IMG/VR virus record: IMGVR_UViG_3300020042_001662
Coordinates: 1-26,850 of that record
Direction: 5' to 3' (one strand)
Length of the DNA: 26,850 nt
Source: a virus
Lineage: Duplodnaviria; Caudoviricetes
Shown: piece after piece, positions 18,136-25,749 of the stretch
How positions within the stretch are numbered: position 1 is the stretch's first letter
How the letters are laid out: every line of letters starts with the position of its first letter
Position numbers and translations under genes: made by a program
The notes under the pieces: model-generated
The model's database searches: none
What the model was told of the DNA's origin: nothing
What the model saw: only the letters and a program-made list of their open reading frames with translations

Positions 18136-19983
18136 ATGGCTGACAAAATTGTTCAAATACCCAACATTGGGCCAGTTTCTTTTCCGGAGGGCATGACTGA
18201 TGAGCAAATCATCAAGGCCATTCAATCACTACAAGCAACAGCACCAGCGGTTGCGCCCAAAGCTCCTGAGTCGGTTCAAGAAAAAATCTTGAACTCACCA
18301 GTTGGTGGAATTATTCGTGGCCTGCGAGATGTCCCTGACGCTGGCGCTCAATTGCTGACCCGAGGGCTTGAGGCAATTTCGCCGGCAGGGTCAAGCATGG
18401 AAGCGTTTGCCAAGTCTGAGCGCCGGAGGGTTGAGGATATCAACCGTCAAGCCGAGATGGACTACCAAAAGAACTGGCGTCAAAGCCAGATGCGCCAAGG
18501 CGAGATGGATGTTGGCCGTATCGGTGGCAACATCCTCGGCACAATGATCCCAGCCACACGCGCTGTACAAGCCCTTGGTGCTGCGACAGCGCCAGTGCGT
18601 GCTGGTGCCATTGGCGGCGTGGTTACCGGCGGTTTGCAGCCTGTAGCAACACCGGCATCAAGAGACACAACGATGAGTGACTTGGTGACTGAGCAGCGGC
18701 CACAAGGAATGACAACGCCAGAGTACTTTGCTCAAAAGGTTGAGCAGATGGGTGCTGGCGGCGCAATGGGCGCTGGCGCTGGCTATCTCACCAACAGGCT
18801 GACTGGCGCATTGTTTGGTGCAAGGCCGCCGGCTCCTGCGACTCCGGCAGCACAGGCGGTTGCTCAGGCAGACGCAACCGTCAGCGGAGCCCCAACGGCG
18901 TCCGTTACTGGTGGTGGCTCAACCCTTGGCCAAGTTGGCCCCGATCCATCTGCTGGCTTGACTGCCGCCCAACGAGCAATCCTTGAGCGTGGCAAAGCAA
19001 TGGGCTTTCGCACAACGGCAGGTCAGCAGACCGGCTCACGATCCTTGCAGCAAATGGAAGCACGGATGGAATCAAGTCCGTTTACATCTGGCCCATTCAA
19101 CACGCTCAAAGATCAAAACCAGAGGGTGCTGAATCGCGCAACGGCGCAGGCCATTGGTGTTAACGCCGATGAGTTGAGCAATCCTGTTTTGGCTCTGGCC
19201 CAAAGAAACATCAGCGGTGTGTACGACCGAGTTTCAAGCCCCGAAGTGCGTCCAGTAAACCGAGACACCCTCCTCAATGGCATCGACTTGATCGACAACG
19301 CCTTTGAGGGTCTTACAACTCAGCCTTTGAAGAACAACATTTTTGTCAAGCAGTTGCAAGAATTTGCAATCAAGGGCGAAGCAAGTGGCAACCAGTTAAG
19401 TACACTTTCGTCAAAGCTCGGCAAGCGGGCCAAGAACGAAGCGACCACAGCTATGGGTGACCGTGAGCTTGGCAACGCTTTGTTTCAAGTTAAGGAAATG
19501 GTTGACGATGCACTGGCTCAAACTTTGTCGCAAGCAGATCGTGCCGCCTTTCAAGCAGCACGCGCCAACTACCGCAACCTGATGACGATTCGAACAACTC
19601 AGGGAACTATCAATCCATCATCTGGCAATGTCTCTGGATTGAACTTGGCCAGCGCATTGACGCGCAAAGACCCGCAAGGCTTTGTTTTTGGAGCAAATCA
19701 AACGCCGATGTATGAGGCCGCAAGGTTTGCTCAAGCATTCCGGCCGCTGGTTGGCGACTCTGGTACAGCCACCCGCATGATGGAGGTGACGCCAATGAAT
19801 GCCTTGTTGGCTGCTCCATTCAATGTTGCCGCACGGGCATACACATCTCAGCCAGTTGCCAATCTTGCATCAGGATTGCAATCTGGCTTGATTCCACAGA
19901 CCAGTCAAAACACGCAGGAGATGCTGCGCCGAATGCTTCCAGTGACTGGCGCTGCTGGTCTGATGAGCGCAATAAGCCAATAA
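18136..19983 (+). CDS. DNA ejection protein 3 (putative)
   Basis: 615 aa; VSFPEGMTDEQI N-terminus; Gly/Ala amphipathic segments; TAGQQTGS motif. Confidence 0.6.
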   Translation: MADKIVQIPNIGPVSFPEGMTDEQIIKAIQSLQATAPAVAPKAPESVQEKILNSPVGGIIRGLRDVPDAGAQLLTRGLEAISPAGSSMEAFAKSERRRVEDINRQAEMDYQKNWRQSQMRQGEMDVGRIGGNILGTMIPATRAVQALGAATAPVRAGAIGGVVTGGLQPVATPASRDTTMSDLVTEQRPQGMTTPEYFAQKVEQMGAGGAMGAGAGYLTNRLTGALFGARPPAPATPAAQAVAQADATVSGAPTASVTGGGSTLGQVGPDPSAGLTAAQRAILERGKAMGFRTTAGQQTGSRSLQQMEARMESSPFTSGPFNTLKDQNQRVLNRATAQAIGVNADELSNPVLALAQRNISGVYDRVSSPEVRPVNRDTLLNGIDLIDNAFEGLTTQPLKNNIFVKQLQEFAIKGEASGNQLSTLSSKLGKRAKNEATTAMGDRELGNALFQVKEMVDDALAQTLSQADRAAFQAARANYRNLMTIRTTQGTINPSSGNVSGLNLASALTRKDPQGFVFGANQTPMYEAARFAQAFRPLVGDSGTATRMMEVTPMNALLAAPFNVAARAYTSQPVANLASGLQSGLIPQTSQNTQEMLRRMLPVTGAAGLMSAISQ

Positions 19984-19996
19984 ACAGGAGCCCAAC

Positions 19997-20392
19997 ATGG
20001 CCGGACTACTCACAATTGACCTTTCCTCTGATGACGAGATGGAGCCCATCAGCAAGGAAGAAAACAAGAAGAATCGGGACCACTGCGCCAAGTACTGGGC
20101 GCTTGGCCCAGCCAAGACCGCTGGCCCGAATACCGAGTACTGGAAGGAGATGGCCATCCGCTGGAAGGTCAAGCCCGAGCAGGCCAAGCGCCAGCTTTGC
20201 GCCAACTGCGAATACTTCGATGACACGCCGGACATGATGAAGATGATGGAAAATGTCCCGCAGGATGCGATGGACAAGGACGGCGGTGGCCGAGGCTACT
20301 GCGAGAAGTGGAAATTTATCTGCCACTCGCTGCGTACTTGCATGGTGTGGGAAGGCAAGAGTGAATCTGATTCTGAATCGGATGATGAATAG
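19997..20392 (+). CDS. Cys-rich metal-binding protein (HiPIP-like Cys spacing)
   Basis: CANCEYF...GYC...ICHSLRTCMVW; CAGGAG RBS; acidic termini. Confidence 0.65.
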   Translation: MAGLLTIDLSSDDEMEPISKEENKKNRDHCAKYWALGPAKTAGPNTEYWKEMAIRWKVKPEQAKRQLCANCEYFDDTPDMMKMMENVPQDAMDKDGGGRGYCEKWKFICHSLRTCMVWEGKSESDSESDDE

Positions 20393-20398
20393 GATTTA

Positions 20399-21979
20399 AT
20401 GATGGCTGATTACATTCGACCAACGCCGCGCAACCCGTTCCTCGGCGGCTTGGCCGACCTGCTTGAGGCGTCAACCTCACCAGAGCGCACCCAGCAAATG
20501 CAGGGCATCATGTCGATGCTCGGCGTCCCAGCAGTCGCCAGCACATTGAATCGCATGAGCTACGGCGCACCACTGACCAGCGGCGCTGGTGGCCTTGGCG
20601 GTACGACCCGCGTGCTGCCTGATGTGCTGGATGCTGCTCTGGCTGTGGCACCGATGGCGCCGGCTGCTGGTCAGTTGGCCAAGCGTGCCGTCATGGCGAC
20701 CAAGGGGTTGCCGGTTGGCATGGGCATCAAGGACACGGGGAAAGGCATCCTGCCATCTCCAAAAAATTTAGCAATGCCAGATGTGCCGACAGTAGAGCAA
20801 ATGGAAAAGTATGGAAGAACAGAGGTTGTCCCGCTTTCCAAGGCTGTAAGTTTTCAAAGCGCAAGAAATTGGGACAAGTTTAATGCTCGAAAAGGGCCTG
20901 GAGACTTAGTTCCTGGCTTTGGAGATAAGCCATTGGCTTTGCGGTTGGAAAATGGCGAATATGTTATTTACGATGGAAATCATCGAACAGATTTAGCTAT
21001 GCAAAAAGGCCAAACTGAATTGCCAATGAATGTCATTGATGTTAAATCGTATGACCCAGCACATGCCGGCAGAAAACAAGTTCCAGACAAAATGAGTGCA
21101 GATGATTTGTTGAGTGCATTGTTTGATAAGCAAGCCCCTGCATTCCAGTACCCCCAACAAGCCGCACTAGACCTGGCCCAGCAGCGTGCAGCATTGCCCG
21201 TTGAGCAGTACGGTCTTGGCTTGCCTGCTGGAAATACGGCGGCGCAGCGGGCTGGGGCAATGGGGTTTGATACAAATCTTTATCATGGGACAACAGACCC
21301 AACCATTAAAAGATTTGATCCGTCATTGGCTGGAAAGAAAAGTTCCAACCCATTTGACGAAAATGTTTTTGCAACTTCAAGCCCTCAGAATGCTGGAGGT
21401 TACGCACTTAACTGGAAGTCATACAAAAAAGATGTTGAAACAAGTCCTGCATTTCAGGCTTTGTCAAATCAGGAAAACTCAATTGCTAGACAGTTTGCAG
21501 ATTTGCCTGCTGGGCCATCTGCTGCGAAACAAGACCTGTCTGCTCAACTTGAATCTGTTCGACTTGAAAAAAACAAAATTTACAACGACTTCATGGAAGG
21601 TAAATATGTTTCTGAAGATGCCACGATTTACCCCTTGAAGGCAAGAAGTCAGGATTTTTTTCCTTATGATGCCGCTGGAAAAAATTGGATCAGGGCAAAT
21701 CGGCCCGCAATAGATGCAGCGCAGCAAGCTGGCTTTGAGGGCACTGCCATCCAAAATGTTAAAGACAATGCTGGCCGATGGACTGATGTTGTGGCCGACA
21801 GTTATGCGACAACAAATCCTGACTTGTTTCGCTCACGATTTGCAGCCTTCGACCCATTCCGGCGCAACGCTGCAATCGCCACGGCGACTGGTGCATTGGC
21901 CCCTGACCTACTGGCAGCGCAAGAAGATGAAGCGATGCGTCAGCGCCAGCTTGGCCTAATGGGCACCATCGCCCCTTAA
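20399..21979 (+). CDS. Polyvalent protein with ParB/Srx-like and ADP-ribosyltransferase (ART-PolyVal)-like domains
   Basis: YVIYDGNHRT near 20960-20990; LYHGT near 21280, then VFATSSP..AGGYA, IYPL, AGFEG, RSRFAAFDP. Confidence 0.75.
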   Translation: MMADYIRPTPRNPFLGGLADLLEASTSPERTQQMQGIMSMLGVPAVASTLNRMSYGAPLTSGAGGLGGTTRVLPDVLDAALAVAPMAPAAGQLAKRAVMATKGLPVGMGIKDTGKGILPSPKNLAMPDVPTVEQMEKYGRTEVVPLSKAVSFQSARNWDKFNARKGPGDLVPGFGDKPLALRLENGEYVIYDGNHRTDLAMQKGQTELPMNVIDVKSYDPAHAGRKQVPDKMSADDLLSALFDKQAPAFQYPQQAALDLAQQRAALPVEQYGLGLPAGNTAAQRAGAMGFDTNLYHGTTDPTIKRFDPSLAGKKSSNPFDENVFATSSPQNAGGYALNWKSYKKDVETSPAFQALSNQENSIARQFADLPAGPSAAKQDLSAQLESVRLEKNKIYNDFMEGKYVSEDATIYPLKARSQDFFPYDAAGKNWIRANRPAIDAAQQAGFEGTAIQNVKDNAGRWTDVVADSYATTNPDLFRSRFAAFDPFRRNAAIATATGALAPDLLAAQEDEAMRQRQLGLMGTIAP

Positions 21980-22368
21980 CCCTTCTTCACCCCAAAGAAT
22001 GCCGCTATCAAAGGGTCGATCTTGATTGTTCGGCTCCTCTGACGGCGGCGTGCCTTTAGGAAGTCCCTGTCATCGGCGCTCATGCGCTTCCTGTAGTCCC
22101 GCTGGCGCTCGGCGTTCGTCCTGAATGTCGGGTACTCGGCGTCAACGCCGTCACCCAGAGCCCAGACCGCCACCGGACGCACATTCGGCCTTTGCCAGTA
22201 CTCAAAGACATGCACCAGTCGCTCAGCGTGCATTTGCTGGATCAGCATGTACGCTGTCCGCTGTGCGCAGAAAACATGCGCATGGATCTGTGCGACCGTC
22301 AGCGGGCCAAGCGCCAAGAGCTTGACGATGGCCGGCTGGCAGCGGGGCTTTAATCCCCGTTTTGCCAC
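21976..22368 (-). CDS. Putative winged-HTH DNA-binding protein
   Basis: GPLTVAQI..HVFCAQRTAYMLIQQM HTH-like segment; Arg-rich C-terminus; stop overlaps the convergent gene (TTAA). Confidence 0.6.
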   Translation of the reverse strand: MAKRGLKPRCQPAIVKLLALGPLTVAQIHAHVFCAQRTAYMLIQQMHAERLVHVFEYWQRPNVRPVAVWALGDGVDAEYPTFRTNAERQRDYRKRMSADDRDFLKARRRQRSRTIKIDPLIAAFFGVKKG

Positions 22369-22532
22369 GGGGTCGGCCTGCCGGTCAAAGCAACCAGTTC
22401 GCGGCGCAGAATCTCACGCACCACAAACACCCTTGTCCGAGCGTCAGACGGCACGGCGTGCCCGTACATCTCGGGGCTCAGCAGGTCATCCAGCAACTCC
22501 AGTGTCGCCACGATTCCAGTCTCCATACTCAT
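22350..22532 (-). CDS. Hypothetical protein
   Basis: 60 aa; GGAG RBS; ATGA coupling. Confidence 0.65.
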   Translation of the reverse strand: MSMETGIVATLELLDDLLSPEMYGHAVPSDARTRVFVVREILRRELVALTGRPTPWQNGD

Positions 22533-22723
22533 TTCAAGTCTCCTGCATCTTTTCTGAGCACCCGCTGGTCACCAATCAGTGACGGCAGTTTGAAGGCGTC
22601 CATCGCCCCTACACGCCCGTCAAAGGGCCGCAACTCAATCGGGTTGTACAGACCCACCATCTTGTTGAGCGTGGTGCTTGGCGTGGCTGCCTTGCCGCGC
22701 TTGCCGCCGACCACGGTGCTCAT
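22529..22723 (-). CDS. Hypothetical protein
   Basis: MSTVVGGKRG...GRVGAMDAFKLPSL; ATG 22723 overlaps upstream TGA. Confidence 0.6.
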   Translation of the reverse strand: MSTVVGGKRGKAATPSTTLNKMVGLYNPIELRPFDGRVGAMDAFKLPSLIGDQRVLRKDAGDLK

Positions 22724-22827
22724 GCCGACCACCACGAAACCAAGGCGGCAGCGATGCCGACACCGATGCACAGGGCCAAGATGAAGTCCAGTGCCGACTC
22801 GGCACGCTGTGTCAATTTCTCGTTCAT
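22720..22827 (-). CDS. 35-aa single-TM protein (not in ORF track)
   Basis: Manual translation MNEKLTQRAESALDFILALCIGVGIAAALVSWWSA*; first gene after leftward promoter. Confidence 0.65.
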   Translation of the reverse strand: MNEKLTQRAESALDFILALCIGVGIAAALVSWWSA

Positions 22828-22877
22828 TTCGTTCTTTCGGTTGTTGCGTTATTCCCAGCGACTTGCTGGTGTTACGG

Positions 22878-22905
22878 ATTATGCACTAATTATTGATTCG
22901 TGCAA
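22878..22905 (-). promoter_or_regulatory. Leftward sigma70-like promoter
   Basis: TTGCAC-16 nt-CATAAT on the minus strand in an AT-rich divergent gap. Confidence 0.5.
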
Positions 22906-22945
22906 ACAAGTCAATTTACTGTTGTGCCGCCGCTAAAATTAAGTC

Positions 22946-23188
22946 ATGGAATCAGTCAAAGACATCAGGGACAGGGCCAAGGCTAGCGGCATCAGGATGA
23001 ATGCCGTCTGCCGTGAGGCTGGCATCCAGCCACCGCAGGTTAGCCGGTGGCTATCCGGTGCCGTCAGTCCGTTATGGTCATCCGTAAACTCACTGGCTTC
23101 CGCACTTGATCGGCTTGCATCAGCCAGTGCGGATTCTGCAAGTAAGACTCAAGCGCCAGCCGAACCAAGGCAGACCGAGACATCTTGA
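22946..23188 (+). CDS. Cro/C1-type HTH regulator
   Basis: GIRMNAVCREAGIQPPQVSRWLSG..SP; TAAAAT 6 nt upstream of ATG. Confidence 0.8.
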   Translation: MESVKDIRDRAKASGIRMNAVCREAGIQPPQVSRWLSGAVSPLWSSVNSLASALDRLASASADSASKTQAPAEPRQTETS

Positions 23189-23255
23189 GGCCGCTGGCCA
23201 CTGAGGCCAGCTTCTCCAGCATCTCGTCAGGTATGTGGGCTGCAATGTATTTCAT
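23064..23255 (-). CDS. Ribbon-helix-helix (CopG-like) regulator, 63 aa
   Basis: MKYIAAHIPDEMLEKL..VASGLKMSRSALVRLALESYL; TAGGA RBS before ATG 23255. Confidence 0.75.
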   Translation of the reverse strand: MKYIAAHIPDEMLEKLASVASGLKMSRSALVRLALESYLQNPHWLMQADQVRKPVSLRMTITD

Positions 23256-23270
23256 GGGTGTCCTAAAGGT

Positions 23271-23362
23271 GAGGGGTACTCGCTGCACTGCGCTTGTCAG
23301 CCGATATGGCTGTTGGTCACCGGCAGCTTTCCCGATAGGGCGCAGCATCCGCTTTCCCCCTC
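23271..23362 (-). ncRNA. Candidate structured RNA
   Basis: Nested helices GAGGGG/CCCCTC, GAAA/GAGTA internal loop, CTGCGC/GCGCAG, CAGCC/GGCTG; fills the intergenic gap. Confidence 0.65.
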
Positions 23363-23367
23363 GATTC

Positions 23368-23937
23368 TTACCAGTTGTCGTCAGACTCAGCGGCTGCCGC
23401 TGGCGCAGCCTTTGAGGCGCTGAGACCGAAGTCAGACGCGGCGCTCGGCTTGGCACCACCCAAGGATTCACCCTTGGCCACCAGCATCACATTGTTCAGA
23501 CCGAAGCTCACGCCATTGTTGCCGGCTTGGCTGTAGGCGTAGGCGTTCAAAGACACGCGGCCATAGTCGCCTGACACGATGTCATTACTGCCCAGCAGGT
23601 CAGCGCCATTGGCGTCCACGGCGCCAGGCTTGTTGGTGCTCTTGGTGTTGAAGAAGAAGTGCCCAGCGTACTCTTTGCCAAGTGCCGAGCCATCGGTCTT
23701 GGTCTCGGTGTCGCCATCGCGCATGGGGTTGCGTACATTCTTCGGAATCTTGTCGCCAAACTTGGCGGTCAAAGCCTCCTTGGCTGCGGCCTTCAGTGCT
23801 GCTACCGTCTCGGTATCAGTCTTGGGCACCAGCACCTGCGTGCTGAACTCATCCTTGCCATTCATCTCGTTCTTGCGGGCGCTCATCACTGAGCAATAAA
23901 CAAACCGGACCTTGCCGGTAACAACTCGTGTAGTCAT
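23368..23937 (-). CDS. ssDNA-binding protein (DUF2815/Enc34-like)
   Basis: Motifs VVTGKVRF, NPMRDGD, SGDYGRVSLNAYAY..GNNGVSFGLNNV; acidic/aromatic C-terminus SDDNW. Confidence 0.9.
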   Translation of the reverse strand: MTTRVVTGKVRFVYCSVMSARKNEMNGKDEFSTQVLVPKTDTETVAALKAAAKEALTAKFGDKIPKNVRNPMRDGDTETKTDGSALGKEYAGHFFFNTKSTNKPGAVDANGADLLGSNDIVSGDYGRVSLNAYAYSQAGNNGVSFGLNNVMLVAKGESLGGAKPSAASDFGLSASKAAPAAAAESDDNW

Positions 23938-23983
23938 GCGTTTCTTTCGTTTTTACGGTAAAGCTGCGGATTGCAGCGATTGC

Positions 23984-24031
23984 ATTGTAAGTCAACTTTT
24001 TATTGTCTTGCAAGTTTTTTTATGCGAGACT
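23984..24031. promoter_or_regulatory. Overlapping divergent promoters (SSB and helicase)
   Basis: Minus strand TTGCAA-18-TACAAT (24013 to 23984); plus strand TTGTCT-17-GAGACT with TGn (24003-24031). Confidence 0.5.
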
Positions 24032-24038
24032 CCAAAAC

Positions 24039-25268
24039 ATGACCATCACCCTCTACCCCCACCAAGAAGAAGCCAAGCAGTTCCTGCTGGCACACAGGCG
24101 CTGCATCCTTGCAGACCAGCCAAGGGTTGGCAAGACCCTGCCAACGGCTGCCGCTGCCCTTGAGCACCTGCCTGCCATCATCGTGTGCCCAGCCATTGCC
24201 AAGAGCGTCTGGGAGGCCGCCATCAGCAAGCTGGACCCGTCTGTCAAGGTCAGGGTCATCAACGGAAAGAAGCAGGCCGGTGAGCTTATCGCCTCTGGTG
24301 TGACCATCATCAACTACGACATCTTGTCAAGCGTTACGGCTCATGCAGGAATACAAACTGTCGTATTTGATGAGTGTCACAGGGTCAAAAACCACAAGGC
24401 GCTGCGCACCAAGGCCGCCATGCTGATGATGAAGAAGATTGATAGGGTGTACGCATTGTCTGGAACACCAATTCCCAATCGCCCCATCGAGCTTTGGCCC
24501 ATCCTCCACGGCCTTGGAATCTTCCGAGGCGGCTGGTTCGACTTCGCTGCTCGGTACGCCAAGATGTGGAATGCTCCCTGGGGGTTGGATGTGTCTGGCG
24601 CCAGCAACATCCCCGAACTCAAGGCGCTGATGAAGCCCCATGTCCTGCGCAGGAAAAAAGAAGATGTCTTCATGAACTACCAGCAGCCGCAGGTCAGTCT
24701 CATCACCTTCGACCTGCCCGTGGACAAGAAAGAACAGGAGTTCGATGCCGATGCGCTGGTGGCCAATCCCAACGCCATCATGGCATTCGAGGGGCTGGCC
24801 GAAATCATGCGTGAGGCGGGTATGCGCAAGATCAAGCCGGCAGCAGAGTTCATCGATGACCTGCTCCAGTCGGGTGAGCCGGTGGTGGTGTTTGCGCACC
24901 ACAAGGATGTGGTCCACGGTCTGGTCGAGCAACTCAAGGACCACAAGCCCGTGGTGGTAGTGGGCGACACGCCGAGGGCCAAGCGGGATGAGAACATCGC
25001 AGCGTTCCAAGCCGGCAAGACCAAGTGTTTTGTCGGGAACATCGCATCATGCAGCGAGGGCGTGGACCTGAGTGCGGCTGACACCATTGTCTTTGTCGAG
25101 TGCACATGGTCGACCAGTGCGCTAGAGCAGGCGTCCAGCCGCGTGGAGAACATCACAAAGAACGGCACCAAGCCGGTGATCTACCTGCTGACCATCAGGG
25201 CATCGCTTGACCACAATGTGCTGGCCAAGGTGCTGAAAAAGCAAAACATCGTAAACCAGATCATCTAA
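24039..25268 (+). CDS. SNF2-like SF2 helicase
   Basis: LYPHQ Q-motif, LADQPRVGKT Walker A, DECH, LSGTP, EGVDL, QASSRV; ATG 24039 preferred. Confidence 0.9.
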   Translation: MTITLYPHQEEAKQFLLAHRRCILADQPRVGKTLPTAAAALEHLPAIIVCPAIAKSVWEAAISKLDPSVKVRVINGKKQAGELIASGVTIINYDILSSVTAHAGIQTVVFDECHRVKNHKALRTKAAMLMMKKIDRVYALSGTPIPNRPIELWPILHGLGIFRGGWFDFAARYAKMWNAPWGLDVSGASNIPELKALMKPHVLRRKKEDVFMNYQQPQVSLITFDLPVDKKEQEFDADALVANPNAIMAFEGLAEIMREAGMRKIKPAAEFIDDLLQSGEPVVVFAHHKDVVHGLVEQLKDHKPVVVVGDTPRAKRDENIAAFQAGKTKCFVGNIASCSEGVDLSAADTIVFVECTWSTSALEQASSRVENITKNGTKPVIYLLTIRASLDHNVLAKVLKKQNIVNQII

Positions 25269-25292
25269 GGGTTTGTCCCTATAAAATAGTTC

Positions 25293-25320
25293 TTGCGGTT
25301 ACCGGAAACGCTGTTATAGT
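25293..25320 (+). promoter_or_regulatory. Sigma70-like promoter
   Basis: TTGCGG-16-TATAGT with extended TGn; preceded by AGGG-tttgt-CCCT inverted repeat at 25268-25280. Confidence 0.6.
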
Positions 25321-25351
25321 AGAGGCTCATAAACACAACGGAGCAAACGAA

Positions 25352-25570
25352 ATGACAGCTTTACCCTCTTACTTTCTTTCATATGCCTGCACTGAGACCC
25401 TTGAAGTCGGCATCATTGAATTTGATACTTACGATGAAGCGTTCACCGCCTACGGTTGTCATGAAATCTCAGGTTACTCAGTTGTGATCCGCGACATCAA
25501 TAGGTTTGGCGCATGGGCCGCTGAAATCCGCAAATCCGCTGGTTACGCTGACCGCCGCACCGCTGCTTAA
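25352..25570 (+). CDS. Hypothetical early protein
   Basis: 72 aa; GGAG RBS; more T-ending codons than neighbours. Confidence 0.65.
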   Translation: MTALPSYFLSYACTETLEVGIIEFDTYDEAFTAYGCHEISGYSVVIRDINRFGAWAAEIRKSAGYADRRTAA

Positions 25571-25578
25571 AACCAAAC

Positions 25579-25592
25579 GGGGCTTCGGCCCC
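25579..25592. terminator. GC hairpin with C-UUCG-G loop (terminator or processing/stability element)
   Basis: GGGGC-TTCG-GCCCC; T-rich tail only on the minus strand. Confidence 0.5.
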
Positions 25593-25599
25593 TAAAACC

Positions 25600-25749
25600 A
25601 TGACCACACAAATCTCCACCACCCGCGTCCAGCGGCTGCGCGACAGGCGCAAGAAGCTCGGGCTGGTTCGGGTTGAGTTCTACCTCACCCCCGACCAAGC
25701 CACCAAGGCCAAGGCACTTATCAAGAAACTCACCAAGGAAACGACATGA
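25600..25749 (+). CDS. 49-aa basic protein, possibly DNA-binding (not in ORF track)
   Basis: Manual translation MTTQISTTRVQRLRDRRKKLGLVRVEFYLTPDQATKAKALIKKLTKETT*; ATGA coupling to nuclease gene. Confidence 0.65.
   Translation: MTTQISTTRVQRLRDRRKKLGLVRVEFYLTPDQATKAKALIKKLTKETT

Noticed and set aside
23064-23471. 135-aa version of the RHH ORF
   Set aside because: The extension overlaps the SSB gene and the structured RNA; ATG 23255 has an RBS and starts at the RHH beta-strand
24003-24038. TTG-initiated N-terminal extension of the helicase
   Set aside because: Runs through the AT-rich promoter region; the Q-motif begins right after ATG 24039
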